From NCBI GenBank assembly GCA_043228905.1, contig JBHGNT010000122.1:10754-74753 (forward strand): DNA of 64,000 bases, read 5' to 3'. This stretch comes from Azolla caroliniana. Its lineage: Eukaryota; Plantae; Polypodiophyta. Of the stretch, positions 37,319-49,872 are shown in pieces. Under the pieces are notes generated by a model that was given only the letters and a program-made list of their open reading frames with translations, was not told the origin of the DNA and searched no databases. Position numbers and translations under genes: made by a program. Every line of letters begins with the position of its first letter. Positions within the stretch are counted from its first letter, which is position 1.

Positions 37319-39974
37319 AGATCGAGATCAAATTCAGGCCACAAGTGACAATAGCTACAGCGATAATGTTTTGTCATCGGTTTTTTCTACGGAAATCACA
37401 TGCCAAGAATGACAGATATGTAAGTTCATGTTCCTAAAGCTTTAATCTTCATTTTTTTGTTTTTTATAATTAAAGATGTCATGACAATATGATTTCTCTA
37501 TGTAATAAATATGCATCTTGAATGGCTCTTTTATAGTTAAAAGTGTGTTTGAAGCATTCTTTTTACTAGACAGGGGATTTAGTAGATTTATTGGGAAATG
37601 GAACAGATTGATGGATTTGTTCATTCCCATTTTCAGTAAGTCATGGTATTCATAATTACCATTGAAGAAAGTCATAACTCAAAATGTATGCTTTTTATCA
37701 ATCAAAACAGTGGGTTATTGAGGACACCATTGATTCAGATTTTTTAACATCGAAATGTCCATGATAATATTTACACAGATGGAATTTATAATAATGGGAA
37801 AATTCTGGTGCCATTCAGTTATTAGGTATAAGTTATAATGGTTTGAAATAAATAGGAATGCACACTATTCAATTTTCATTATTGCCACTGCATGACCAAG
37901 GTGATTTTAGTTGGTAGGAAACACAAAATGAATATGAGTAGGGAAACTAAAGTAATGAACTATTGCTAATTGAAATACTGATACCACTATTACTGTGATG
38001 AAAACTAAAACTCTAAATTGCATTTGGACATCACTTTCTTCACGTTGTTTTATTCTCATCAAGACTGTAGATTGTAGGAGTACAATTAACTTATAACTCA
38101 GCATCATTCAAATTTTGAATTTTACAAATATCTGAACAAAGTATTTTGTCATTCATGTTCTGAGCTGGCTACATTGAGGAGATAAGTAAGGCATGTTAGC
38201 CTTTTTTTCTATGGATGACTATTCTTCTCATTCTTTGATTGCAATGTCCTTAGGTCTCAACACAACCCATTCTGGTACCTAAAGCTGGTGCTCTTCTATT
38301 TTGCAAACCATATTTTTTACCAATATTATATATTAACAACTTAACAAACTTGACTCCATTTAGAAAGTGTCTTCGTGGGATGCCAACAATGACCATCATG
38401 AGAATGGCCGTTGGACAGAAGTCATTATTTTCATATACTGGGCTCAGGGACTACCCTTGTATTGGGGTTTAATAAGTTGAAATGTATGAAACGTTAATGG
38501 AACATGATATTTAGAGATTCGTAAACTATTGGTGTTAGAAAAAACTCATCGATCACTATTGCATTGGGTCTCAAGTGGAAGTAGTTGCCTGCAGGTGATT
38601 GCAACTGTTTGTATGTTCTTGGCTGGAAAAGTTGAAGAGACTCCAAAACTGCTTCAAAATGTAATCTGTGTTGCATATGAAATAAGACACAGAAAAGACC
38701 CAGCAGCAGTTCAACGAATTAAGATGAAGGTGAGTAGAGAAAGCAATTTTGTTCTTTTTTGGCCATCATGAAGACATCTATTATCTTTTACCAGGAAGTT
38801 CTGGAGCAAGAGAAAGAGCTTGCACTTTTAGCAGAATATCATGTTCTTTCCACTTTGGAGTTTGATCTAAATATCCATCATCCGTATAAACCTCTTGTTG
38901 CTGCTATTAAGAAGTTCAAAGTTGCCCAACATGCCCTTGCTCAAGTTGCTTGGAATTTTATTAATGATGGGTATGGTTTAATATTGTACAGTCAACATTT
39001 CAACGCTTTTATTTGCTAGGACAGCAGTCAACTCAGCTATGAATATTTCAGGTTGCGCACGTCACTTTGCTTACAATTTAAAGCTCATCAGATTGCTGCG
39101 GGGGCGATCTTTCTTGCTGCGAAGTTTTTAAAAGTGAAACTACCTTCCATTGGTAAAAAACCTTGGTGGCAAGAGTTTGATGTTACTCCTAGACAGCTAG
39201 AAGGTGAAGACAATGGTTTACATGATATATTCCAGTATTATGCGTTCTGTGTAAGGCTTTTTAGAAAATGTTGGGTTTCCTTTATTTCTTACAGATGTAA
39301 GCAACCAAATGCTTGAATTATATGAACAAAATAGGGAGATTCCTGCTACTCGCCCTGCTGGCTCTATGAATCATGATAAAAAGGCTGTAAATGCTCTACC
39401 ACCTGGTACACCACAGGTTGTGGAGAAGAGATCAACTGTTGATGTGAAGCCAAAAACAGCGGTAGAGTCAAGCCAGCGGCCATATAACCAGGGAGAAGCT
39501 AAGGCATCTTCTGCTGAGTTGGAGCAAGTAAATATAGAAAAGCTCAAAACTGCAGTAGAGAAGAGAAGAAAGCTAAAAGCAGAAGGTGGAGGAGTGACCA
39601 AGTCCAAACTAGAGCTGACTGATGAAGAGGAACTGCTTGAAAGGGAGATGGAAAATGGGCGCAAAGATGGTTATCCAGAGAATGCTTCTCATGGACATGT
39701 ACATAAGAATACAGATCACTATGCTCATTTTTCTAACACAGAAGGTGGTGGATCGTTAAATGTCGTTTCTTATACAGACATGGATGAAGATTTAGAAATT
39801 GATCATGTTGAAAGCTCTTCAGAGAATAAGTCACGACATTCACATGTGAAGGATTATCATCACACATCTCGAACTCAACGAATGGATAAACTTGATTATC
39901 ACCATCGGCGCCCAAAATGCAGAGACATGCAGGAAAGAGAACATAAAAGGTCTCGTCATGAGCAAGTCAATTAA
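33271..39974 (+). CDS. CYCT1: Cyclin T1 family, 6 exons
   Basis: Approximate exons 33271-33488, 37338-37419, 38595-38729, 38795-38970, 39052-39203, 39295-39974. Motifs: SPSRQDGID...[63 protein letters not shown] and [13 protein letters not shown]. Confidence 0.93.
36100..36900 (+). mobile_element. Degenerate RTE-like LINE 3' fragment in cyclin T intron 1
   Basis: [22 protein letters not shown] and [12 protein letters not shown] are homologous to the fragments at 3747 and 60605-61057. Confidence 0.7.
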
Positions 39975-41605
39975 TTGTGTTGTTGCATTATAATACAAAT
40001 CGAGGTATGCTGGATTTCATAGCATATGCAACATACTACACTGCAAAGCCACAAATGAGGACGATAGAATTTCTTATGCAATCACCAGGGGAACAGTTTT
40101 TGGGGATAGTATATATGATAATATTGGGTCTCTCTATTAGCTATCAGACAGTGCTGTAATAAGGTTTTGGGGGGTATAAGTAGGTGAACCTAATCTTGTA
40201 TCATGAGTTATTTTGGAGAGATCTGTTCAAAAGCCACTGAAAGTGCGTTAATAACTTGTCCTTTATGGTCTCATGCCTCAAGGGTGGAACTGCATGGATC
40301 ATATTCGTATAGAATAGTGAGGACACTCCAATCGAAATATTGGATGAGTACATGTGGTAATGGTGATGATGAGTCTTATTTTTCATACCAAGTATTCTGA
40401 GCCTATAAAAGATTTCTTCTGACCTTTGTGCTGTTACAATTCTGGCAATCACTTACACACATTGGTTGAATGGGAATGAGAAATTTCCAAGTAGCTTTGT
40501 GTAACATGTAAGTTCAACAATTATGTAAAAAACATTTTGAAACTGTAAAGATGCTCGTTGGATAGAAATATATTTTCATTTGTTTGTCTTTGGTATTTTG
40601 GGTTTATGGATGGTTGATTTGCTAAGAAATGATAAAATATGCCTGCTCTTGTTCTAGCCCTATATTTAAGGCTGGCTGGTTCCCCCATGCCTTTCATATG
40701 ATCTTGGAAAATGGAGATGTAAGCATTATTGAAAATTGGCTTTGATATATCTGTTGCATTGCAAATGTGAGATATGCCAAATTGAACGAAATGTTGATGT
40801 GCCCTTTTAAACGCTTGCTACAACTTTTCTTTCTAGTTTTTGTGCACAACAAGACACTCTTCACACATGTATATAGAGATCCATATAGACATTGAAGCTT
40901 TGATTAATTACAATATAGCTCAAATTCACATAATGTCATTTCAAGAACACAAGTTCACACAAGGTGACAAAGTGCATCTTAGTTTGTGGGTACTTAATGT
41001 GCATATTGTTAAGTATTATAGTTATAAATGTGCGTCTTATTTTTTGTGCTTGCTCTACATCCTAATCATGGTATGTGACCATTTAGTTTGACATCACAAT
41101 ACCATCTTTCTCTCTTTCTCAAGATCATAGAGACTATAAGCCGTTAACTTGATGTTGTATCTTACAAGGATGCCCTTCTTGGTATTCGCGTCTAATTGTT
41201 TCCTATGCTTATTAAGTACATGCACACAATGATATGTAAAATTGGACCTTCACAAATGAGTTTGCATGAGTAAGTAATAATGAAGACAATAGTGAGCAAG
41301 ATCAATAAAGAGATGTTTGCTTCCAAAAGTTGTGCCTTCTTTATAAGACAATGCACCCAATAATATGTACAACTGAACCTTCATAGATGAGTTTGCATGA
41401 CTAATTAATAATGAAGACAATAGAAAACAAGATCAATATAGAGAATTTGTTCCCTTCCAAAAGTTGTGCCTTCTTTTCTATAGTGCGAATCATTAGTGCA
41501 CTTCATTTTGAAAAAAATTGGTTCAAAAGGTCTTGATGTTACAAGCATGACCATAACTTATCCCATGGTAAGTTGTACCATTGGATTCTAAACATGAGAA
41601 TAACA

Positions 41606-41991
41606 TGTTAGGGTTAATCGAGAGGGTAAACAAGGGAGGATTACTTTTAATCTTAGGAATTGAGACAACCCATAAGGGCCAAATGTAAACTTGCCTGTGG
41701 GCCTTAGGTTTAGCTATAAATACAAGGCCTAGCTACCCTCGTTTGGGAGATAATCCGACTACGTCGAGATTGTGATCTTATGGTGAAAAGATACTAGTAG
41801 CAAGCGCACCAAAACCAACTATGACTCAATGTTATGGCACTAATATGGGACATGGATCAAGGCTCGAGTCCGTCTCAATCCATTCGCTAAAGGGTGGCCG
41901 GGTAGATTGACACCCTTCTTTCTTTCTATTTTTCTTTACTATCAATCATTTATTCCTTATTTCATGCTTACATTAGAAATAATCTCTAACA
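41606..41991 (+). mobile_element. Possible solo LTR
   Basis: TGTTAG...CTAACA inverted termini and an internal CTATAAATA. The flanking 5-mers do not match, so no TSD is seen. Confidence 0.35.
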
Positions 41992-43139
41992 CTTCAAGAA
42001 GTTAATAAGAATGCCTTGTCAATGTTGAAATTACCAAAGCGTCATTTAGAATGTAAAGAAAAGAAAATTTACAACATGTATTGCATCGCACCTCAATAAA
42101 ACATTGTATCCTATTTAGACATGCATCATCCCACGTTCATAGAGAAAAGAAAGTGAATAGCTCAAAAACTTCACAGTTTATAGGGAAGCATTCTTGAGGG
42201 ATATCGATGGTGATTGAAAGTGAGACCAAACGGCAGTTTAAAAATATATACATATATATAAAAGAACGTCATACATCTGCAATGAAAGCAACCCATGGAT
42301 ATTATATTCATTCTGGGTAAAATCATGGATGACGATTTCCAAAGAAAGACTTAGACACATTGTATGGCATTGCAAAAGAATACAACACTTAAAAGGCTGA
42401 ATGGAAAGCCATATGTTGATTAACTGCAGCACCCCATAGACAAAGGGGTTCTATGTTACAAATGGATATACTGCAAATCAAGCATGTCTCAAATTGACAA
42501 TACGATCCCCAATCTCAAATTTGTAATGCATAAAATTCATTACTAGCTTATTTACTACTTTCGGTAAATTGACCTTCCTTTCTCTTTCTAGAAAATAGAA
42601 AAATATTTGCATGTTCTAGTTATTCCTGCATAGAGCTCTCCATAACAAAACATACTCTCATTCCATCTTTCACTGTCTTGAAAATAGAAATATGTTTACA
42701 TGTTCTAGTTACTCCTGCACTGTTCTTTTCTCCATACACAAATTCTACTCAAATTCTTCATTACTACTTACTCAAATTCTATCTTCAACTCTCTCTAGAA
42801 AATAGTTCACACATTCTAGTTTTCTTGCATAGTGGTCTCTGTATACAAATTCAACATTAACTTCTTCACTAATTATTCTAATTCCATCTTGCATTCTCTC
42901 TAGTAGGCGTTAATATCTTTAGAGCCATGATTCATGAATCATATTTCATAGGTAGTGCATCACATCTGGTTTGTAATACAAATATGGTGGTACTCATGGG
43001 TTACTTATTCAGATTAATTATAATACATATACCTTACATCTTAAACAAAGGAAAAAAACTTGTAACCTCAAGAATGCAGGAAATTTCTGTAATTTGAATG
43101 ATTTATATTTCAGATTATTTATAAAGATTGCATAAATAC

Positions 43140-44341
43140 CTACAGCTTGGAGAAGCTAGGCTTCCTTTTCTGCATTGATGCATCCATGGCTTTCTTCAAG
43201 TCATTTGAGTCAAGCATGGCTGAGTTCCAAGTAGCAACATAGTCAAGTCCATCATGAATACTTAAATCCCGTGATTTAATTAGTACTTTCTTGATTCCAA
43301 CAACAGTTAAAGGCGACTTGGATGCAATGTTTTCTGCGAGGGAAATCACGTATTCTTCCATGGCTTCTTTTGAGGTGAAGACATTGTTAACAAGACCTAT
43401 ACTCTTCGCCTCTATCGCTGAAACTTTGCGCCCTGTGAGAGCTAATTCCATGGTGTTTCCATAGCCAACAATGAAAGGCAACCTTTGAAGTGTTCCAAGG
43501 TCAGCAACTATGGCTAGGTCTACTTCCTTCACAGAAAAATATGCGTCCATGCTACAGTACCTGACGTCAACAAGCATATATAAAGAAGATAAAGGTCCCA
43601 TTTCTAACTTTTTACTTTACGAGAAATAATAGACCAGCTTGTTGAAGGGAATATTTTCCCTCATAAAACCATTGAGGTTTTCGTCAAGCCAAACAAGTTA
43701 TGACCCCAGTTTTGACTTAAAAACAGGATATCTTCTTCAACAGAAAGGTCTAGTTTTTCTTCACCAATGAGGAACATTTAGTTTTCCCTTCGAGATTAGA
43801 AATAATTAGCATTTATTCAACATAGAGATTTAGTTTTTTCTGCAACACGATAATTAGGGTTTCTTTGACGGAAAGAAGAAATGATTCCATAAATATCTCA
43901 CCTGAGGTCACAAGCAGCGATCAAATCAACACCAGCTCCAATACAAGCTCCATGAATGGCTGCAATCACAGGTTTTCTGCAAGACTCTATGGAAGAAAAA
44001 GATTCCTGCAAATTCTTAATGAAACGCAGATTTTTCTCTCTATACGTCGCACCACCCCTAAGATCAACTTGATATTTTCCTTTTTCTTTTTCTCCATAGC
44101 CAGGGTTTTTCTGGGAAAGGAGGAGGGACAGGTCGATTCCTGCGCAGAAGTTCTTACCCGAAGCACTGAGAATGATAACACGGACATCTGTGCAAGAGTC
44201 GAGGTAAGAGATGGCGAGAGGTAGTTCTGAGAAGAGGGATGGATCGAATGCGTTGGAGCGAAGGGGACGATGGAGAGATAGCTTGGCGACGCCTTGGTCT
44301 GGTCCTTCGAGCTTCAAGCTGCGCCATTGCTGCTGCTCCAT
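43140..44341 (-). CDS. DCI1: Delta(3,5),delta(2,4)-dienoyl-CoA isomerase (crotonase family), peroxisomal, 2 exons
   Basis: Exons 44341-43902 and 43560-43140. Motifs FCAGIDL, KPVIAAIHGACIGAGVDL and KEVDLAIVADLGTLQRLP; C-terminal PTS1 SKL. Confidence 0.93.
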
Positions 44342-45854
44342 CGCCTTCGTCCTCTTCGTTTCTTCGCTTTCTTTCTTTCTTCTTCATTGGCAATAGAAGA
44401 AAATCTCAGAGTTTTGCTTTTTTGTTATTTCTCAGAATGCCCTTTGGTTTTCATTATTTCCCTCAGATGCCCTTCTCCTACTCCACACACACAAATACAT
44501 GCAAATATATATATATCTATATATATATATATATATATATAATGACACACATGAGAGGGGGATGAAAACACACACAAATACAAGAAAATTTCAAATAGAT
44601 ATATAATGACACACATGATAGGGGGATGAAAAATGCACTTTGTCCACCCTTCATTTCTCTCGAGGCAATGGGGCTCATGGCATGTTTGGAGGATGTGTTG
44701 AATGAATGCCTTTACATCTCATGCATAAGCACGAGCGCAACACCATATTACGTGATCGAAATGTAGTTTTGCTTTCATAGTTCTCGATTATGGAAATGTT
44801 GGGTGGTTGTCGTACGAGGACATCTCTATACATGTTTTTGATTTGGCACTATATTCAAATCACGTGAAACCCTTTTGCCAACCAGTTTCTTAATATGAAC
44901 TTAAGTGGTTGGTATGAACTTCCATAACATCAAAAAACTCACCTATGTGACTCGTATATCTGTCTCGAGGAGGAGTGTATGTTTACTTCCTCTTAAGACG
45001 ATGATACATGTCCTGTGTGTGGCCCCGCTTCTTCCAATGCGCACAGAAGAGGTTTGGTTTCTTTGAGTCGTTGTCAAGAGCCTCGTTGGATTGCTTATGT
45101 TTCACAATGAGCATGACATTCAACCTTTTGGCAAACTTGGGTTTATTGTGGGCTTTCTTAGTTGCATTGAAATAAAATATGATATTTTAGATCACCTTTG
45201 AGGGAAATACCTTGATGGCAATTATTTCTCAAAATACTAGATGAAAGCCGGAACTGGTTTAGAGCTATTACTAGCATCCTACCCTCGAAAATGACTTTCA
45301 CATTGCAAACGATTTGCTCTACCATAGTGGAAAGGTTTGTGTTCAAGATTTACCAAACGTTAAATATAAAATTCTTCATGAATGTCATGATGCATTGTCT
45401 TCTAGTCATCCTCTGGAATGCAATGCATAGTCATTCTCATCTCGACTACCTTTTTTTGGCCTACGATGTATTTGACAATCTATTCACCTTTCTTTTACTT
45501 TAATCCGGTCTACTAATTAGTAATAGACTCTCTAACATGAGTGGTTTGCATGTATGCAAAAACTCGCATTGAAAACTCTCCATTTGAGATAGACCATTTT
45601 CTAGGCACCGATGGTTCTCTTTAATGAAGAGTATGTCTTCTTTAACCTCAACCTCTTCCGTTATTTGCGCACATGTGTAGAGTGTTTCATTGTAGTTCCA
45701 ATTTGCAATGTATAATTGTGAATGTGTTGCTTCAAAGCAACACATTTGATAGCGTTGTTATTGATAAAGACGAGACATTGTTGTAAAGAACCTTTTTGCC
45801 TTGCCTTTTATTGTTTTTGTAGTTGACCCGCACCTTTGTCAAGCTGTATTAGAG

Positions 45855-45919
45855 AGAGAGAGAGAGAGAGAATTAGAATTAGAATTAGAATTTTTATCGT
45901 CCATAAAGAGGCCAATTTT

Positions 45920-46008
<89 letters not shown>

Positions 46009-48646
46009 AAGAAGAAAGAAAGATATATTAACGTCTTCTAAGGCCAAAATTGGCCCATGAGACAAAAGGTGTACAACAAAAATGGGATATTTGCCCATTC
46101 ATCGAAAGTAAAAATAAAAATAAGATAAAATAGAGTTTAAGCTAAATAGTTCTAAGAAAACAACAAACATGTTCTATATAAAAAACATGTTCTACAATGA
46201 GAATGATTCTATACTAGGCCTAATTTCATTTCCATCCAAGTCTCTCGAAGAGAAGCGGGGGGTCAAAGGGTTGCCATGATGTGGATGTGGCCCGTGGTCC
46301 CCATGTAAGAGGTACCCCAACCATAGCTTCGAGTCGACGTAGCTCACGTTCCCTTATCTTCTTAATCTTTTCTACTCCACGTTGACTTGTGTTGAAGCCC
46401 AACATCCGAGGACGTTTGGTTGCTCTTTGTATTTCTGCTTCCTCAAGGGAGAGGCCGAGCGGCATAAGTGTATCCACATTCATCGTCTCCCCATGTTCCT
46501 GAAAAATTACACTAGGTACATGTTGATGAGTAGTAAAAGGGTTATGATTAACACTTTGTAGTTTATCCTCCCTATGTTGTTTTAGCTCTAAGATATACCT
46601 ACCTAGTCTCTTTACACTCGGGGTATCTAATAGTTTGGAGAGGGTGGGAGAGGGTCCTAGTATGTCTTGGTATTCCGCCCGTATCTCGGCATAAGTTGGG
46701 CACTTGCATGTGAAGTGATACTCATCCTCTATCTCTATGTGGCATAACCTACATAGCCTTTCCTCTCTAGGGACTCTATTAGCTCGACCATTCTCAATCT
46801 CAAGTTGGTGAGATGATATCCTAAGTTGTCCAATGGCCACCCTTAGTGCATTTGATAAGAAAGTATCTAGGTATCTTGGTCGTGTAATAAACCCTAACTT
46901 AGAGAAGTGCAAGAAGTGTTCCTTATAGTACACCATTTTAGATGGGAGTGGCTCTCGTGGGGTGATCCATTTGTATCGAGTGTAGATTTGCCATATTTCT
47001 TGGCGTATCACTTTATTACGATCTTCACGAGAGATTAAAGTTTGATCAGTCCCATGGTTGTACTTAAGGGGAGGTAGGTTATTAATGTCTATGCCATTTG
47101 CAAATAACCAACTCACCACAATGCTATACCAAGAGTTGGTGTCTCCAGACACATGTAAGGATCGGGATGCCTCAAAGGCTCGACGGGATATCCTATCTTG
47201 TGGTTGACTATGTATCCGATGAATAAAAGCTACCACTTGAAAGAGTGCTTCTACTAACATCGGGGGTAGGCTAAACTCCGCTCTAATAATGTCATGTGGT
47301 ACTGTCGATTTGCTTCGGAGTTGACGTGATAACATCACCACTAAAGGTCTCTCCAATTGCGTCCACATGAAAGATGGTAGACCTGGAGCCCATACTACTG
47401 ATGCATACATGAGGGACGGGGTCACTAATGAGTCGAAAAGCCATCCCTTAGTCCGTGGCTCTTGAAAGTATGCTTGGTGGCATTGTCTCTCTAAGAGTGA
47501 GAGGGATGCATATCCTCTCGTTAGCCTATCTTTGGCTGCCTGGGTCATCGAGAATTTACCTGAGCGAGCACTAAAAGTGACTCCCAAGTATACATAAGAT
47601 CCCACCACCTCAACTAGTTTATGAGAGAGGATGAGGTGACATTTACTCCTAACTCTGGACGATGTATGAAAGATAAGGACTTTAGTTTTCGCTAGATTCA
47701 CTACCAGTCCTCGTTGTGTACAAAAGTCATCTAGGGCATTAAGATGCTTTTGTAGGTCGTGTTCCGACTCCGAGAGCAAGACAATGTCATCTGCGTAGAG
47801 TAAGAGACTAACTTGCGTATCCCCAATAGCCACTCCTTTGCCTCCCTTACGAGCAATAAAATCAGTGATCTCATCAATGTAGATCCCAAAAAGAGTCGGT
47901 GATAGGGGGCAACCCTGTTTTACACCAATGGTGCTAGTGAAACAATCGGATAGGCCACCTGGGCATCTTACACGCCCATAGACTTGCTCATATAGGGCAT
48001 AAATGGCCCAAATCATGTCATTTGGTATCTCCAAGCTCTTAAGTCTATCAAACAACCTCTCCCTAGGAACTGTATCAAAGGCTTTGCGAAAGTCCACAAA
48101 GCAACAATATAGTTTCTTCTTACGAGCCTTTGTTTGGTCAATTAAGCACCTAAGTGTGAAGATGTGGTCAATAGTGGAGAAGGCTCGTCTAAAGCCAGCT
48201 TGCTCAGGTGCTCGAAGACTTAATGTTTCCATATAATCACTGAGCTCCGCTTCCATTACTGCACCATATAGTTTAGCAAGCGTATGACCTATCATAATGG
48301 TCCTATATGTATTTGGGTCCATTGGGTCCCCTCCTTTATGTATAGGGGCCACAGTGTTCATGGCCCATTGTGGTGGAAAACCCTCGGCGAGGGCGCGGTT
48401 GAAGATTAGAGTGAGAAGGGGAGCTAGGCACTCTCGAGCATATATGATGTGCTCGGCTCGCAATCCTGTGTGGTCCATGGATTTCCTATGTTGTAATTTT
48501 TTTATGACCTTCGTGACCCTAGAGGTCGTGAAAAGTGTCCCCATGGTAGGTCGAGGTGTGGAGGGCATTGGAATGGGTGGTTGGTTCGGGACATGGTAGA
48601 GTCTCTCGGTATATGTGTGCCAAATATTGGGATCCTCGATTACATA
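45855..48646 (-). mobile_element. 5'-truncated RTE-like non-LTR retrotransposon
   Basis: Intact RT ORF and a 3' tail of (TTCTAA)n/(TC)n at ~45855-45891. Candidate TSD TATTAGAG at 45847-45854 and 48647-48654. No APE endonuclease domain is present. Confidence 0.85.
46226..48568 (-). CDS. LINE reverse transcriptase with a C-terminal Cys/His motif, 780 aa
   Basis: EQAGFR, FVDFRKAFD, GVKQGCPLSPTLF, LLYADD, YVYLGV and CRLCH..EDEYHF..C. Confidence 0.92.
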   Translation of the reverse strand: MPSTPRPTMGTLFTTSRVTKVIKKLQHRKSMDHTGLRAEHIIYARECLAPLLTLIFNRALAEGFPPQWAMNTVAPIHKGGDPMDPNTYRTIMIGHTLAKLYGAVMEAELSDYMETLSLRAPEQAGFRRAFSTIDHIFTLRCLIDQTKARKKKLYCCFVDFRKAFDTVPRERLFDRLKSLEIPNDMIWAIYALYEQVYGRVRCPGGLSDCFTSTIGVKQGCPLSPTLFGIYIDEITDFIARKGGKGVAIGDTQVSLLLYADDIVLLSESEHDLQKHLNALDDFCTQRGLVVNLAKTKVLIFHTSSRVRSKCHLILSHKLVEVVGSYVYLGVTFSARSGKFSMTQAAKDRLTRGYASLSLLERQCHQAYFQEPRTKGWLFDSLVTPSLMYASVVWAPGLPSFMWTQLERPLVVMLSRQLRSKSTVPHDIIRAEFSLPPMLVEALFQVVAFIHRIHSQPQDRISRRAFEASRSLHVSGDTNSWYSIVVSWLFANGIDINNLPPLKYNHGTDQTLISREDRNKVIRQEIWQIYTRYKWITPREPLPSKMVYYKEHFLHFSKLGFITRPRYLDTFLSNALRVAIGQLRISSHQLEIENGRANRVPREERLCRLCHIEIEDEYHFTCKCPTYAEIRAEYQDILGPSPTLSKLLDTPSVKRLGRYILELKQHREDKLQSVNHNPFTTHQHVPSVIFQEHGETMNVDTLMPLGLSLEEAEIQRATKRPRMLGFNTSQRGVEKIKKIRERELRRLEAMVGVPLTWGPRATSTSWQPFDPPLLFERLGWK

Positions 48647-49149
48647 TATTAGAGTGACTTCAAATGTTGGACATAAGATGATAATCTCATATTCTATCCC
48701 ACGTGGAAGTGCTTATTGAAAGGGCGATGGGTTATACCTTGGTAAAGACGTTATCTAGACATTGACACATTTCAGATGGGGGGACATGCTTTTCTTATGG
48801 TGGCGAGGATACAAGGCACATATTCCCTGTATGCTCAAAAGCCGCGAAACTTGATTGGGTTGTTAAACATCACCCAATTATGGGCATCACCTATCTAGGA
48901 AAGCCTTGTCAAGCTAATCATGGGTTTCTGATCGGGGTGGTAAGAGATAGGCGAGGGGGGGGGGGGAATCCTTTGTGACGAAGGATTAAACGAATCGATA
49001 TTGGCGGGGATGGGAGCCATTATGGACACTCATTGGGTTTGGGGCAGTTTTGGCGGTGGAGCCCATGTGATGCAATCTAGGGCCCCATTCTCCCTTCTCC
49101 AATGTGTGTTTTGTTAGTGTTGTCATTATTGCTATTATTTATGACAGTG

Positions 49150-49342
49150 ATATATGTATCATAATGTATGTATATGTATGTATGCATATGTATCATGTAT
49201 GTATGTATATGTATCGTGTATGTATGTATGTATGTATGCATATGTATCATGCATGTATGTATATGTATCGTGTATGTATGTATGTATGCATATGTATCAA
49301 GTATGTATGTATATGTATCATGTATGTATGTATGTATGTATG
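49150..49342. repeat. Compound (TATG)n microsatellite/minisatellite
   Basis: Repeated GTATGTATGCATATGTATCAT-type units. Confidence 0.9.
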
Positions 49343-49872
49343 AATGAAGCTCTCTCCTAGGATCCATCATCACACTTTTTTATTTCTCTCCTTTTTTTCT
49401 TTTTGCCTTCTATGTTCTCTCTCTTTCATTCTTCTTCGGTCTCGTTGCGTTTTCTGCTCTGCTCTGCCCTGCCCTGCCCTACTGCCATTCCACCTGTCGA
49501 AAAATCAAAGGGAAGAAAGAAGAAGTTTTAGAAAAGAGAATAGAGATCCATTCTGCAGCAGAAGATTTTGGGGAAGGACGAGGCGAGGAAGACGGAAACG
49601 GAGGGATTTTTCTGAAGAAAAAGAGGAAGATAGGTCCTTTTTCTACAAGATCAAAGGAAATCCTTTGTGACGAAGGATTAAACGAATCGAATATCCGTTC
49701 TGCAGAAGAGAAAGGCGAAATCTTTTCTGAAGAATAAGAAAGAGGACAGATACTTTCTGCTGAAGAAGGGGAAAAAAACATCGACAAACAGTTTTAACTT
49801 TGAAAGAGAGATATCTGAAAAAGGAAAAAGTAAATAAAGGAACACGAAGAAGAAAAAGATCTATCTTAAGGG

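Noticed and set aside
45801-46098. ORFs with ER/LS or YV/HT repeats here and at 18282, 29941, 49077 and 61789
   Set aside because: These are translations of microsatellites, not genes.
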